64,000 bases of DNA from Scenedesmus sp. PABB004 (lineage: Eukaryota): the NCBI GenBank assembly GCA_014905635.1, contig JABVCE010000002.1:372001-436000 (forward strand), read 5' to 3'. Each line of letters starts with the position of its first letter. Positions within the stretch are counted from its first letter, which is position 1. A model generated the notes under the pieces. The model had not been told where the DNA came from, ran no database searches, and saw only the letters and a program-made list of their open reading frames with translations. Below are positions 24,312-37,200 of the stretch, piece by piece. A program made the translations under genes and the position numbers.

Positions 24312-24799
24312 ATGCCCAGCGACAACGCGCCAGGAGGTCGTGGAGACGGTCGCAGCCCCGACGGCGGCGGCGGCGGCGGCGGCGCGCGGCAGCAGCTGCT
24401 GGCGCCAGCGAGCGCCCCAGCCGGCACGCAGGCCCCGCAGCAGCAGCAGCAGGCCCAGCAGCTGCAGCAGCAGCAGTTCCAGCAGCAGCAGCCCCCTGGC
24501 AGCCCGGCGCAGCAGGCGGCGCTGGCCGCGCCCGCGCGGCGGGGCCGGCGCGCGCCGGCGTCGCTGTTTGTGCTCGCCGGCGAGCCCGAGCCGTGCGGCG
24601 CGGCGTGCTGCAGCAGCAGCACGGTGGGCGGCCACGCCACGGCCTGCACCCACCGGCGGAGGAGCAGGAGCTTCGACGACGCACCGGACAGCCGGCGCGG
24701 CAGCGCGGCGGGCGGCCAGCAGCAGCACGCCCCGCCCGGCGCGCGGCGCCATGGCAGCGGCGCCGGCGCGTGCGGCAGCAGCGGCTGCACGTGCGACAA

Positions 24800-24850
<51 letters not shown>

Positions 24851-27653
24851 CGCGCGCCGCCGGCTCAGGGCGGCGGCGGGTGCGGGCTGACCGCGACGCG
24901 CATCCACGCGGCGGGCATCTGCTGCCCCATGGAGGCGCGGCTCATCCACAGCGTCCTGGACGGCGTGCGCGGCGTCGTGGGCGTGGACGTCGCGGTCGTC
25001 ACCAAGAGCGTCACCGTCCGGCACGACCCCGCGGCCATCAGCCCCGCCGCGCTCGTGGCGGCGCTCAACAGCGCGGGCCTGCAGGCCAGCCTCGGCGGCC
25101 GCACGCGGCCGCCCGGCGGCTGCGGCGGCGGCGGCGGTGGCGGCGGCGACGACGCGCGCGGCGGCGGCGGCCGGCGGCCGTGGTGGGCGCGCTGCGCGGC
25201 GCTGCGCGCGCACCCCGCGCTGCCGCCGCCGGGCGTGCTCGCGGCGGGGCTGCTACTGGCGGTCAACCTGGCGCTGCTGGCGCCGGCGCTGTCCGCGCCG
25301 GCGCTGCTGCGGCGGGGGCTGCTGGCGCTCGCTGGCGCGGCGGCGGGCCTCCCACCCGTGCTGCGCAAGGCCTGGGCGGGGCTGCGGGGCGGGGCGCTCG
25401 ACATGAACTGCCTGGTGCGGGGGTGGTCGGTCAGAGGGGGCTGCCGCGGCGGCGGCGGAGGGGCGCAGCACGGCGCGCAGCGCATCGCAGCGCGCGCTGA
25501 CCGCGCGCGCCGCTCCGCAGGTCGTCGTCGCGCTGGCGGGCGCGGTCGGGCTGGGCGAGTGGTTTGAGGCGGGCGCGCTGGTCTTCCTCTTCACCCTCGC
25601 TGAGTGGCTCGAGGAGCGCTGCGTCGGCCGCGCCGCGGGCGCGCTCGAGGACGTGCTGCGCCTGCAGCCAGAGACGGCGCTCGTGGTCGTGGAGCTGCGC
25701 GCCGGCGCGGCGCGCGGCGCCGCCGAGCAGCGGGGCGGCTGCCGCGCCGAAACGCCGCAGCCGGGCGGCTGCGACGTCAGCAGCTGCGGCGCCGGCGGCT
25801 GCGGCGCCGCGAAGCAGCCGGGCGGCGGCTGCGGCGGCGGCGGGCGCGAGGCGGAGCGGCACCAGGCCTGCCACGACGCGGCCTGCGGCGCCGGTGGCTG
25901 CGGCGACCAGGGCGGCGTGGCGCTGCTGCCCATGCCCGTGTCGGCGCTCGGGGTGGGCGTGCTGGTGCTGGTGCGCCCCGGCGACAAGGTGCCCGTGGAC
26001 GGCACGGTCGAGGCCGGCAGCAGCGTGCTGGACGAGTCGCTGGTCACGGGCGAGGCGCGGCCGGTGGCCAAGGCCCCCGGCGACGCGGTGCTGGCGGGCA
26101 CCGTCAACTGCGGCTCGGCCGCGCTGCGCGTGCGCGGCGGCGCCGCGCCCGGCGACAGCACGGTCGCGCGCCTCGCGGCGTTGATGGAGGCTGCCGCGGG
26201 CGCCAAGTCGCGGCACGACGCCGCGGTCGAGGCGTTTGCGCGCTGGTACACGCCAGCCGTGGTCGCCGCGGCGGCCCTCACGCTCTGCCTGGGCGCCGGC
26301 CTGCAGCCCGCCGCCTGGCGGCACTGGGCCTACCTCTCGCTCGTGGTGCTCGTCACGGGCTGCCCCTGGTGCGTGCGCGGCCCGGCCCTGCCCGCCGCCG
26401 CGCGGCGCCGTGCATTTGCTCGGCCGCCGCGCCTGCTGCGACCGACCCCGCCCGACCCGCCCGCGCCCGCGTGCCGCAGCGCGCTGGTGATCAGCACGCC
26501 CGTGGCGAGCGTGGCGGGGCTCACGCGCGCGGCGCGGCGGGTGCGTGCGCGGCGGGGGCGGGCCGCCGCGCGCCCCGCCGCGGGCCCGCCGCCGCGTGGC
26601 TGCTGAGCCCGCCTGCCCCTGTCCGCCCTGCTCCACGCGCAGGGCGTGCTCATCAAGGGCGGCCGCTTCCTGGAGCTGCTCGGCGCCCTGGACGTGGCGA
26701 GCTTTGACAAGAGCGGCACCCTCACCGAGGGCGCGTTCCAGCTCACCGCGCTGCACACCTTTGGGGACACCACGCAGGCGCAGGCGCTCGCGCTCGCCGC
26801 CGCGCTGGAGGCGGCGTGCAACCACCCGCTCGCGCACGCGGTCGTCGGCGCGGCGGCGGCGCGCGGCTGCATGCCGGGCGCGCCGGGCGCGCCGGGCGCG
26901 TGCGGCGGCGCCGCCCCGAGCGGCATCACCGAGGTCCCCGGCAAGGGCCTCGTGGGGCAGCTCGGCGGGCGGCGCGTCGCGGTGGGCAGCTGGGCGTTTG
27001 CGCAGGAGCTCGCGGCCGACGCGGGCTGCGGCGACCCCGCCGACGAGCCCGCGCTGTCCGCCGCCGCGCGCGTCATGGCCGCCGCGGAGCGCGACGGCGC
27101 GAGCGCGGTGTGCGTGGTCGCGGGGCGGTCGGTCGTCGCCGCGCTGCTGCTGTCGGACCGGCCCCGCCGCGGCGCGGGCGCCGCGCTGCGCGAGCTGGGC
27201 GGCCTGGGCGTGCGGTGCGTGATGATGACCGGCGACAGCGCGGGCGCGGCGGCGCACGTCGGCGCGGCGCTGGGGCTGGAGCAGCACGCCGTCTACGCGC
27301 AGCTGCTGCCGCACGACAAGCTCGCCATGCTCGACTCGCTGCGCCGCGCCGCCGCGCCGGCCGCGCGCGCGCGCCGCGGCGCGTGGGCGCGCCTGCGCGC
27401 CGCGCTCGGCGGCGGCAGCGCTGGCGCCGGCGGCGGCGGCGGCGGCGTGGCCTGCGGCGCCTGCGGCGGCGGCGAGTGCCGCTGCGCAGTCGCGCTCGCG
27501 CCGTGCGGCGCCAGCAGCAGCAGCAGCAGCGACGGCGGCGGCTTTGGCGGCGGGCGCGGCGACGCGTGCGGCGGCGGCGCCGCGCGGCGGCGCGGCAGCG
27601 GCGGCGGCGGCGGCGGCGGCTTTGGCGGCGGGCGCGGCGTCGTCGCGCACGTT

Positions 27654-27685
<32 letters not shown>

Positions 27686-28553
27686 GGCCGCCGACGTCGG
27701 CGTCGCGATGGGCGTCGCGGGCGCGGCGCTGGCGGTGGACGCCGCCGACGTGGCGCTTTTCACCAACGACCTCGCCGCGCTCGCCTTTGCCGTGCGCCTC
27801 GGCCGCCGCGCGGGGTGGGTCATCACAGCCAACACCGCCTTTGCGGTCGCGGTCAAGGCCGCGGTGCTCGGCGCCGCCGCCGGCGGCGCGGCGAGCCTGT
27901 GGCTGTCGCTGCTGGCCGACGTGGGGTCGTCGCTGCTCGTGACGCTGCACGCGCTCACGCTGCTCACGTTTGAGGGGCGCGGCGCCGCCAAGGCCGGCGG
28001 CGGCGCTGCCAAGGCCGGCGGCGGCGCTGCCAAGGCCGGCGGCGGCGCGATGCAGCTGGCGCGGCGGCAGCCACCGCCCGACGCTGGCGCCGGCGGCGCG
28101 GCGCGGGCCGGCGCGGAGGGCTGCCAGGGCTGTGCCGGCGGCGGCGGCGGCGGCGCACGCGCCGCCCCCGTCGCCAGCAGCGGCCGGAGCTGGTGGGAGC
28201 GCGCGCTGCTGGCGCTGCCGGGCGCGGGCTGGCTGCGGCCGTACCACCGCCTGGATGAGCACGTCGCCTCGGCCGCGGTCTCCGCCGCGGCATCGCGGCG
28301 CGGCAGCCTCAGCCGCGGCGACTCGGCCGCGTACGCGCCGGCGGACGGCGGCGGCGCGCTGCCGCGCCACGCGCGCCCCGACGGGGCGCCGCCGCCGCTG
28401 TGCGCGCGCGGCGACGTGGTGCTGCGCGAGGACGTGCTCAGCGCACTCAGCAGCCCCGCGTCCTCCGCCAGCCCCGGCGGCGGCGGCGCGGGCTCGGCGG
28501 CGCTGCCGCACGCGCCGCTGGCCCACCTTGTGCTGGACGACGGCGACGGCTGA
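24312..28553 (+). CDS. P1B-2 heavy-metal (Zn/Cd) transporting ATPase, HMA2/3/4-like
   Basis: HMA domain GICCPME; LDMNCL; TGE; CP|CALVISTP; DKSGTLT; HP; TGD; GDGINDAPALA; TM7 Lys and TM8 DVG. The junction near 24850 is unresolved. Confidence 0.93.
24804..24848 (+). repeat. (CAG)15 trinucleotide repeat
   Basis: Read directly. Confidence 0.95.
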
Positions 28554-29571
28554 CTGGCGGCGGCTGTGCTGTGTGCGCGCCGTTGCTGTTGCTGTTGGGA
28601 ACACAACAGGGGGATTACTTGGTAATCACCGGTGCACACCCGCCCGCGCTCGCTCGCCAACTCTCGCCGCCTCGTCCCACGCTGAGTTGGCGCCGCTTCC
28701 TTCTTCTCGGTCGGGCCGCTCGTGCATCACCTTCCCGTCATCGTCGACGACGTCGTCGTCAGCGTGGTTGGCGTCCGCATGCGCCGCGCGCCACACGCAC
28801 ACATGCACACAGCCAGTGCAGCAGCAAGACCCTTTCAATGCTCTAGAGGCCGTCCGGCGGCGGGCGCGCGTGCGGTGCTTGCTGCGCAGCCGCCGCGCCG
28901 CGCCCGTGGCGCCGCCATGCGGCAGGCGGCGCCGCCAGGTAGACCGATGGCGGCAGACCAGCCAGTCGGGGCTCCGCCCGCCCGCAGCCCAGCCCAACCC
29001 AGCCCCCCCGGCCCCAACCGCGCCGGCGGACGCCTGGTTGGCGCACGCCTGCGGCACACAGCACACGTCACAACGGCACTGCGAGTGATTGGGCAAGCAA
29101 GTCGGCGCCGTTTTCATGGGCTGGACGCCACGTAAGAGAGAGTGTGCGCGGCGGCCGCGCGCGCGCTCGCCGCGCGGGGCGACGACGGGCGCGCGCCGGC
29201 GCCGGCACCGCAGCAAAAAGCAAGAGCAGTGGCCTCCTTGTCCGTGGCAGACACACACGCACACGGGGAGCGTCGTCTGAAGGAAACCCTGGGGGAGGGG
29301 CGGCCGGGGACCAGCCGCCGCCACCAGCCCGCGCGCGGCCGGCGCCAGCCCCGCCCGTCGGCGGCCCGGCCGGCGCCGCCGCCGCCCAGGTCATCATCGA
29401 TCGGCCCCATTAAACCGCCACGGCGAGCGGGGGCGCGCGGCGCGCGCGCCGCCCGATTCACGCCCGGCCCCGGCGGCGGGGGCCGGCGGCGTGCCCGCGA
29501 AGCGCGGGCACGCCGGAGGCCCCCGATTCAGACGCCCCGCCGGGGTGTTCAGTGCTTGCGCCCGCTGGCGC

Positions 29572-32500
29572 TCAGTTCTTGACCGGGTGCGCGCCGACCT
29601 GCGGGGCGAGCGGGGGCGGCGTCAGGGGCCGCGCGGGCGCGGGCGCAGCGGGCGGCGCGCGCGCGTGCGCGCGCACCATGTCCTGCGGCGGCAGCACGTC
29701 CTTGGCGGTGTCGGCGAGCGCGGCGTCGCGCGACTCGGCGGTCTGGCAGCGCATGAGGTGGCCGAGGATGTTGAGGATGTGCGGCCCGCTCTCCACAATG
29801 GGGTAGAACACGCAGCACGCAGACGCGAGCAGGCCCCAGATGAGCGCGATGACGATCCTGCGACGCGCATGCGGCGGGGGCGGGGTGAGCGCGGAACAAA
29901 AAAAAGGTCGAGCGCGGGGCGCGGCACGTGCTGCGCATGGGCGCGGCGGGCTGCGTCTGCCCTGCTCTGCGTGGGCGCGTGGGCTCACCACATGGTGAAG
30001 TAGCTCTTGGAGAAGACGCCCGCGGGCAGGGCGAGCAGGGGCCACGCGATGACGAGCACGAGCGTGAGCACGCCGCCGGTGAGGTAGGTCCAGCGCAGCG
30101 CGCGCGTGAGCGCGGCGGGCGAGTCGCCGCCCTCGGCCACGTACGCGGCGGGGTCGTCCTCGACCATGGGGATCTCCTTCATCAGCGCCCTGGGCGGAGG
30201 AGGGCAGGGTTCAGGGGGCGCGGGGGCAGGGTTTAAGCGCGTGCAGGGCTCAGGGCCCAGGGCCCAAGGGTTCGGAGCCCACAGAGCAGGCCGGGGGCCC
30301 TGGCTGAGTGCTGGGCGCTGGGCGCTGGGCGTTGGGCGGGCAGCGCGGCGCTGCCGCCCTCACCAGTCGTAGTTCTGGGGCTTGATGAACGACACCACGA
30401 TGCACACCACGGCGGAGAGGCCGATGGCCACGACGTTGCCCGCAAGCATGGGGAAGTCGCCGCCGAGCGTCGCGATGGTCACCGCGCCGGTCAGCGCCTT
30501 GGCGGTCACGCACCACGTGATCACCGCGCCAGCGAGGCCCGCGAGCGCGCCGCTGATCGCGCCAGCGGCGGAGATCTTGGCCCTGCGGCGGCGGCGGCGG
30601 CGCGGCGGCAAAGCGTGAGGCGCCGCGACCGTGCGCGCCGGCGCGCGCGCGCGCGCGCGCCGGCCGCCGGGCTGTTGCCGGGCGCTGCCGCGCGCGCGCG
30701 CGCGGGGCGGCGCGGGGCGCACCAGGTGATGCAGAAGGCGATGGGCGGCACGGCGCTGCCGACGACGATGCCCATGAAGAGGTACACCCAGCCCAGGCTC
30801 AGGCCGATCTTGCTGCGCAGCGCGAGGGAGAGGCGGGGCGCGTGGTCAGCGGCGAGCGCGGGCGCGGCGGGTGCGCGCGCGGGTGCGTGGCGGGCGCGGG
30901 CGCGGCAGGTGCGGCGGCGCGGCGCGGGCGGGGTGGCTCACAGCAGGATGATGGCGAGCACGCCGGAGAGCACGCCGTAGGCGAGGACGATCATGCGGCT
31001 CACAAAGATGATCTGGCAGGGGGGAGGGAGGGGGAGGGGGTATGGAAGGGAGCGCGCGCGGGGCGTGGGGGCGGTGCACGCGCGCGGCGGCGCGTGTGCA
31101 CGTCCCCCTTGCGCGTCCCCGCGGCGGCGGTGCGGCACGCGTGCGCTGTGCGCGCACCTGCTTGCCGGTGGCCTTCTTGTTGATGTAGGGGCGGTACACA
31201 TCGTACGCGATGAGGCTGCTCACCGCAATCTGCTCCGCCGACCCGCTCGCCGTGACGGCCATCCAGAGCTGGAACACGAGCAGGAAGCCGCCGCCGGGGC
31301 CGAGCAGCACCGTCGCGACCGCGGGCGGCACGAGGCCGGCGTTGGACTCGTCGAGGCTGCGCGCGTGGGCGCGCGCGGTGGGCGGCGGCAGGCGCCGAGG
31401 GGCGGTCAGAGGGGCGCGGCCGGCGGCGCGAGCGGCGCGTGGGCGGGCGCCGGCGTGCGCGGGCGGCGCGGGCGCACCTGATGGGCAGGTTCATCGCGCG
31501 CGCGCCGAGGCCCATGGAGGTGGCCATCGTGAAGGGCACCGCGAACCAGCAGAGGCCGCCGAGCAGGTAGCCCTTGTAGGTGGCCGACGGCTTGGCCGCG
31601 ATCGCGCCCTGCCAGTAGGCCTGGTCCACAAACACGGTGCCAAAGTTGCCGATGACGTTGATGATGCCTGGCGGGGTGACGTGAGGGGCGCGCAGAGGTG
31701 CGCGCGGCGTGGGCGAGCGGCCGGGCGGCAGCAGGGCGCGCCCGCACGGCAGGGCGCGCGGCGCGGCGGCGGGGCCGGCGGGGCCGGCGGCGCGGCGCGG
31801 CGGCGGGGCTGGCGGCGCGCCCGCTCACCGAACACGAGGCCCTCGAGCGACCACATGGTGAGCAGGGAGCCCTCCTTGTTGTGCTCCACGGGGCGCAGCG
31901 TGGACATGGCGGCGAGGTTGTCGTAGACCTTGCTGATGCTGCCGAGGGGGCTGTTGGGCGCGGCGTAGATGAGGAAGGCAAAGGTGCACAGCGCGATGTA
32001 GATCACCGCCACGTGGCCTGGCGGGGCGGCGGGTGGTGGTGCAGGGCGGAGGGAGGGAGGGAGGGAGGGAGGAGAGGGAGGGCGTCAGAGGACGCGCGCG
32101 CGTGCACGCACGAGGCGGGGCAGGGAGGGAGCGAGGGAGGGGGCGCGCGGCGGCCGCGGCGCGGTGCGGCCGCGCGCGCGGCGGCGCCGCGCACCCCAGG
32201 CGGCGATGAAGGTGGCCTTGAGGCCGCCGTGCGCGGTGTAGAGCATGACGCCGACGGGGATGAGGAACGCGCCGGCGTAGAGGTTGACGCCCGTGAGCGC
32301 GGTCACGACGCTCGCGCCGCCGAGGATGAGCATCGACGTCACGATGATGTTGGTCAGCAGGCAGAACACCTGTTGGAGGGGTGGCAGGGCGGCAGGGTGG
32401 CAGGGCGGGGGTGGGTGGTGAGGGGGGAGGATGGAGGGCCCCCCGGGCGCACCAGGACGAGAGGGGCGGGGGGCGTGTGCGGCGCGCGGACCAAGCCCCG

Positions 32501-33730
32501 CGCGGCCGCACCAGGAACACGAGGTGCGCCGCGGTGCCCCAGCGGGCCTTGACGATCTCGAGGCACGTGTGCGTGGTGGGGGCCTTGCGCTTGATCTCGA
32601 CCGCGAGGATGGCGAACAGCAGGACCTGGATGGTCGCGCCGCTCGCGTACCAGAACGGCCCAGACACGCCATACTTGTACGCGACGTTGGACGACTGCAG
32701 CAGCGTCGCGGCCCACGTCCACTTGGACACGATATCGCACGCGGTCAGGCCGGCCTTGATGCTGCGGCCTGGAGAGCGAGGGGGGGGGGGGGAGGAGGGG
32801 CGCGCGCGGGCGGCGCGGACGGGCGGGCGGCGGCGTGGGCGCGTGCGCGCGGGCGCGCGCGCGCGCGTGCAGTGGGGCAGCGCGCGGGCGGCGCGCGGGG
32901 CCTCGCCGCGCGCAGGGGCGCGCGCACCAGCGGTGGAGAACTGCTCCGAGGTGTGGGAGGAGCCGCCGAAGCGGTAGTCGAGGAAGACAAGGACGCTCGT
33001 CAGCAGCGTGAACAGGGCGCCGAAGGCGACCACGATCACCTGGCGGTGCGCGGCGCGCGCGGGAGGGGCGCGTGAGCGGTGCGCCGCGCGGGGAGGGCGG
33101 CGGGCGGGCCAGCGGGGCGCCCGGCGGGCCGGGGCGCGACGCGGTACTGTGGTCAGCGGCGGCGCGCGCGCCGGCCCGGCCTGGCGGGGGCGCGACGGCC
33201 CGCGTGCGCCGGGCATGAGGAGTCCCATGCTCCCGGGCGCCCGACCGGGCGGCCGGCGCCCGCCGTTCGGGCGCCGCGGCCGCCCGGCAGCCCCCGAGGC
33301 AGCGCGCCAGGCTGGCGGCCGGCGGCCGCTCGGCCGCTCGGCGGTCGATGCGCGGCGCGATGGCGGCGTGCACGGCACGCTCATCGCATGCCGCAATGCG
33401 CGGCGCCGATGGCGCCGCATGAGCGAGCGCGGGGCAGGCGTCAAGCGCGGGATGCGCGCTCACCCAGCCGATCGCCTCGCTGATGGCATGGCTCGAGCCG
33501 AAGAAGGAGCACTGGCCTGCGTGCGGACGCGTCGGCGGCGTCGGCGGGGCCGCGTCGCGCGCGTGCACTGCCCACGGGGCCGCCCCGTGGGCGCTAGGGC
33601 TGTTTGGCGCCGCGCTCCAGGGGCGCCCCGACCGCGCCAGGAGGTGCCTCTCACCAGGAGTGAAGTCCTGCTGGCCGAAGCTGTACGCCTGCCAGTTGTA
33701 GCAGGACGGAGTGATGGCCGCGGCAGCCAT
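29572..33730 (-). CDS. DUR3: Urea active transporter (sodium:solute symporter family), about 15 exons
   Basis: [94 protein letters not shown]. Confidence 0.97.
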
Positions 33731-34299
33731 GGTGGTGGAGGGTGGTGGCGGGGTGGGGAGACTCTGCCCTGACTCGGTTCGCGCTTCGCCGTGCGCGGGG
33801 CGGTCTGGAGAGCACCGGCGCGGCGAACAGCAAGCCTGGCGGCCGCGAGTGGCCCTTTCAGACGCCAAAACCCTGCACCTCAGCGGGCACAACGTACTGT
33901 GCAGGCGGCCATCGAGCTCAGAAGGCTGCTGCGGCACCGTCCAAAGCAGCTGTAAACGCCCGCCGCGCGTGATGCGTGCCGCGGCACCGTGAGAGCAGCG
34001 ACCGGCGCAGCGAGCTGGTCCACGGCGGCGCACTGCCGCACTTGCCTGCTGGCCCGCAGGCTGCTGCAGCACCGATGCGCACGCACGCCGTGGCCAGCCT
34101 GAGCGCTGACCGCTTGCGGCACTGGCAGGACCGGCGCCAGGGCGTGCTGGCGTGCGCCAGTTCCGCGCAGGTCACACCGCGCTGCTCGATCCGCGGCCGC
34201 TGCTGCCGCCGTCACACCGGCAGCGGGAATACTTCCAGCGGGCCAGGCGCCTGCGGCTGCTCCGAATGCAACGGCTGTCGCGCAACGGCGTGCGCGCTC

Positions 34300-37200
34300 T
34301 CACAGCATCGTGTCGGACCGCGTGGGCAGGCGTGCAACAAAGTTGACCGGCGGCGGCGGCAGCGGGTCGCGCAGCACGGGGTGCCTGCGCGCGCGCGCGC
34401 GCGCGCGCGAGCGGGGCAGAGGTGAGTGGCCGGGAGGGGGGGGGGGCGTGTGCGCGAGCGCCCCTGCGCCGCCGCAGGCCGACCTGAACACCCACAGCAG
34501 GCCCACGGTGATGAGCGCCTGCAGGCCCACCAGCCACAGGCCGAGCGCGAGCGCCACCAGCAGCGCCAGCAGCACGAGCGTGGCGAGCTGGTCGGTCCAG
34601 CTGGCGGCCAGCTGCAGCCGCTCGCCCGCGGCGGCCCAGCCATCCAGCACGTTCTGGACCTGCGCCGGCGGGTGGGGCGGCGGGCAGTGGCGCGGTGGTC
34701 GGGCGTGTCGCCCCGGCGGCGGGGCGACGCGCGCGCGCGACAGGCGAGTCCCCCCTCCCGCCGCGCGCGCCCGCGCGGGCGCGGCGCGCACCGTTGTGAG
34801 GAAGGCGACCAAGCCCTCGTAGTTGGCCTTGAGGCTGCTGTACGCGTCGCTCGGCGCCGCGCCGCCCGGCGGCTCGCCCTCGCCGCCAGCCGCCGCGACG
34901 CCCGGGTCGTGCATCACCGGCGGCGGCCGCGGCGCGAGCAGCTGCCAGTCGCCGCGCGCCGCGGGCGCACCCGCCGGCGCAGGCGCTGCGGCGCCGGGCT
35001 GCGCCGCCGCCGCCGCCGCTGCTGCGGCCGTCGCGCTCCCGGGCTGGCGGCGGGCGCCGCGGAGCAGGCACACGCAGCAGCACAGCAGCGCGGCAGCCAG
35101 CACCTGTGGGTGTTGCGTGCGTGCGCGCGCGCGCGGGTCGGCAGCCGCGCGGGCGCCGGGCGGCCGTGCGGGCGTGCAGCACGCGCGCCGCGCCGCCGCG
35201 GCGGCAGCCCCCCGTGTGCCCACCTTGGAGGGGTAAAACCCAAAGACCACGATCAGGCCGCACCACGCCCCGCTGTGCAGCGGGCGCCGCCAGCTGCAGA
35301 GGTGCGCAAACGCGGCGGCCGCGGGCGCGGCGGCCTCGCGCAGCATGATGAGGCGCCGCCAGTTGGCGCGCGTGCGGCTGAGCGTGAACTCGGCGCGCCC
35401 GCCGTCCTGGGCCTTGCGGAAGACGCGCGCCGGCAGGCCCGGCGGCTGCGCCTCGAGCCAGCGCGCCGCCGTGCCCGCCGCCTCGGCCGCGAGCGCCTCG
35501 AGCGCGCTGTCTGCCGCGCCGCCGCCCGCGCCCGCGGCGAGCAGGTAGAGGGCGGGGCTGCAGGCCCCAAACCTGAAGTACGCCCCCAGGTAGCTCCCCA
35601 GGCGCGGCACGGCCAGGCGCAGGTACAGGTGCGCCGTCGCGGCGCAGGGGTCACCCGCGCGCGCGTTGGTGCGCTCGCCTGCGGCGCGGCGGACGGCGCG
35701 CGTGGCGCGGCGTGCCCGGCGCGGCGCGGCGCGCGCAGCACGGCCTTTCCGCGGGGCGCGCGGGGGGCGTCGCACCCTGCAGCGGCAGGCTGGCGTTGAG
35801 GGGCGCGTTGGGTGTGAGCGTGCCGAGCCGCACGCGCAGCTTGCCCACAAGGCGCGTGGCGGCGCTGAACATGGTCAGCATGCCCACGCGCTTCTTGCCG
35901 CCCGCCTGGTCCTCCCGCGCAAACAGCGCCTGCCCGGCAGCGCGGCGGTGGCGGCGGCGGCGGCGCAGCGGTCGCGGCGGGCCGCAGCCGGCGGCAGGGC
36001 CAGGGGCCCTGTGCGGCGCCGCGTCGGCGCGCTGCGCGCGCGGCGCGCCCGCCCCGCCCCTCCCTCACCAGCGTGAGCACGTCGCCCGGGTCGGCGACGG
36101 GGAGGTGGAGGTGCCAGCCCCAGCTGTGGTGCTGCGTGCTGTGGCTGGTGCTGCTGACGAGGCAGTAGGGCCCCAGCAGAAGCACAAAGAACAGGTCCAG
36201 CGGCCTGCCGGGGCGGCGTCGGCGCGCGCGGCGTCGGCGCGTGCAACGGCGCTGTGCACCGCCGGGCACGCAGGGTTGGCTGCAGCGCAGCTGGCGCGCC
36301 AGTGCGGCGCGGCACGCGCGCGCGGCCCCGGTTCGCTCACTTGCGCGTGTCGATGGCCTTCACAGCGACGTCCAGCATGGCGACTGGCGGCGGCGCGGCC
36401 AGGCCGCCAGCGCCCTCGCGGCGGCCCGACACGCTGCCGTTGCTGCTGCCGGCGGATGCGGCGGCGGCCCCGTCCTGCTGCGCCTGCAGCTGGGGCACAG
36501 CGCCCAGCGGGGCGCCGCCTGCGCCGCCGCTGCCCTCGTGCGCGCTGCCGTCAGTGACCGTGGCGCCCAGCATGCTGCCTGCCGACGCCGAGTGCTTGAC
36601 GCTGCCCTCCCCGACCGCGCCCTGCTCCTGCAGCAGGGCGGGCGACGAGGCAGCATGCGCGGTGGCGGCGCCGAGCCCCTGCTTGCCCCCGGGGGCTGGC
36701 TGCGAGCTCGCGCCGGCGCCGCCGTCTGGCTCCGCCGTCGACAGGATGCGGGGCGCGCCGCCCAGCTCGGCGCGCATGTCCCAGTCGGCCGCCTCCACGG
36801 TGAGCGACAGTGAGCCTGTTTGCGGCGGCGGCGCCGGCTGCGGTGAGCGAGGGGCGCGCTCGGGGCGCGTGCCCACGGCGGCGGCTGCGGGCGGGCGCCT
36901 CACAGTGCAGGTGGTCTGAGAAGGAGGCCTGCAGCACGTGGCTTGCCCTGAACCACGGGCTCCCGGCCTCGCCGCCGCCCTGCGCGCCGCTGCCCGCCAG
37001 CAGCACGGTCAGCGGCACCTTCACCTGCGCGACCTGCTTGCCGCGGCTCCTGCGCGGCGCCGGCGGGCGGCGCGCGCTGCTGGGGCGGCAGCCCGCGCAC
37101 GGCGCGGCGGCGCGCGCGCCGGCCCCCCGCGCCGCCGGGGCCCGCGCCCCCGCGCTGCGCCGCGCGCCGGCTCACTTCTCGTCCTTGCTGGCGAAGAGCT

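Noticed and set aside
28626..29324. 232-aa minus-strand ORF between the ATPase and DUR3
   Set aside because: Non-ATG start, weak codon bias, lies in convergent 3'UTR territory.
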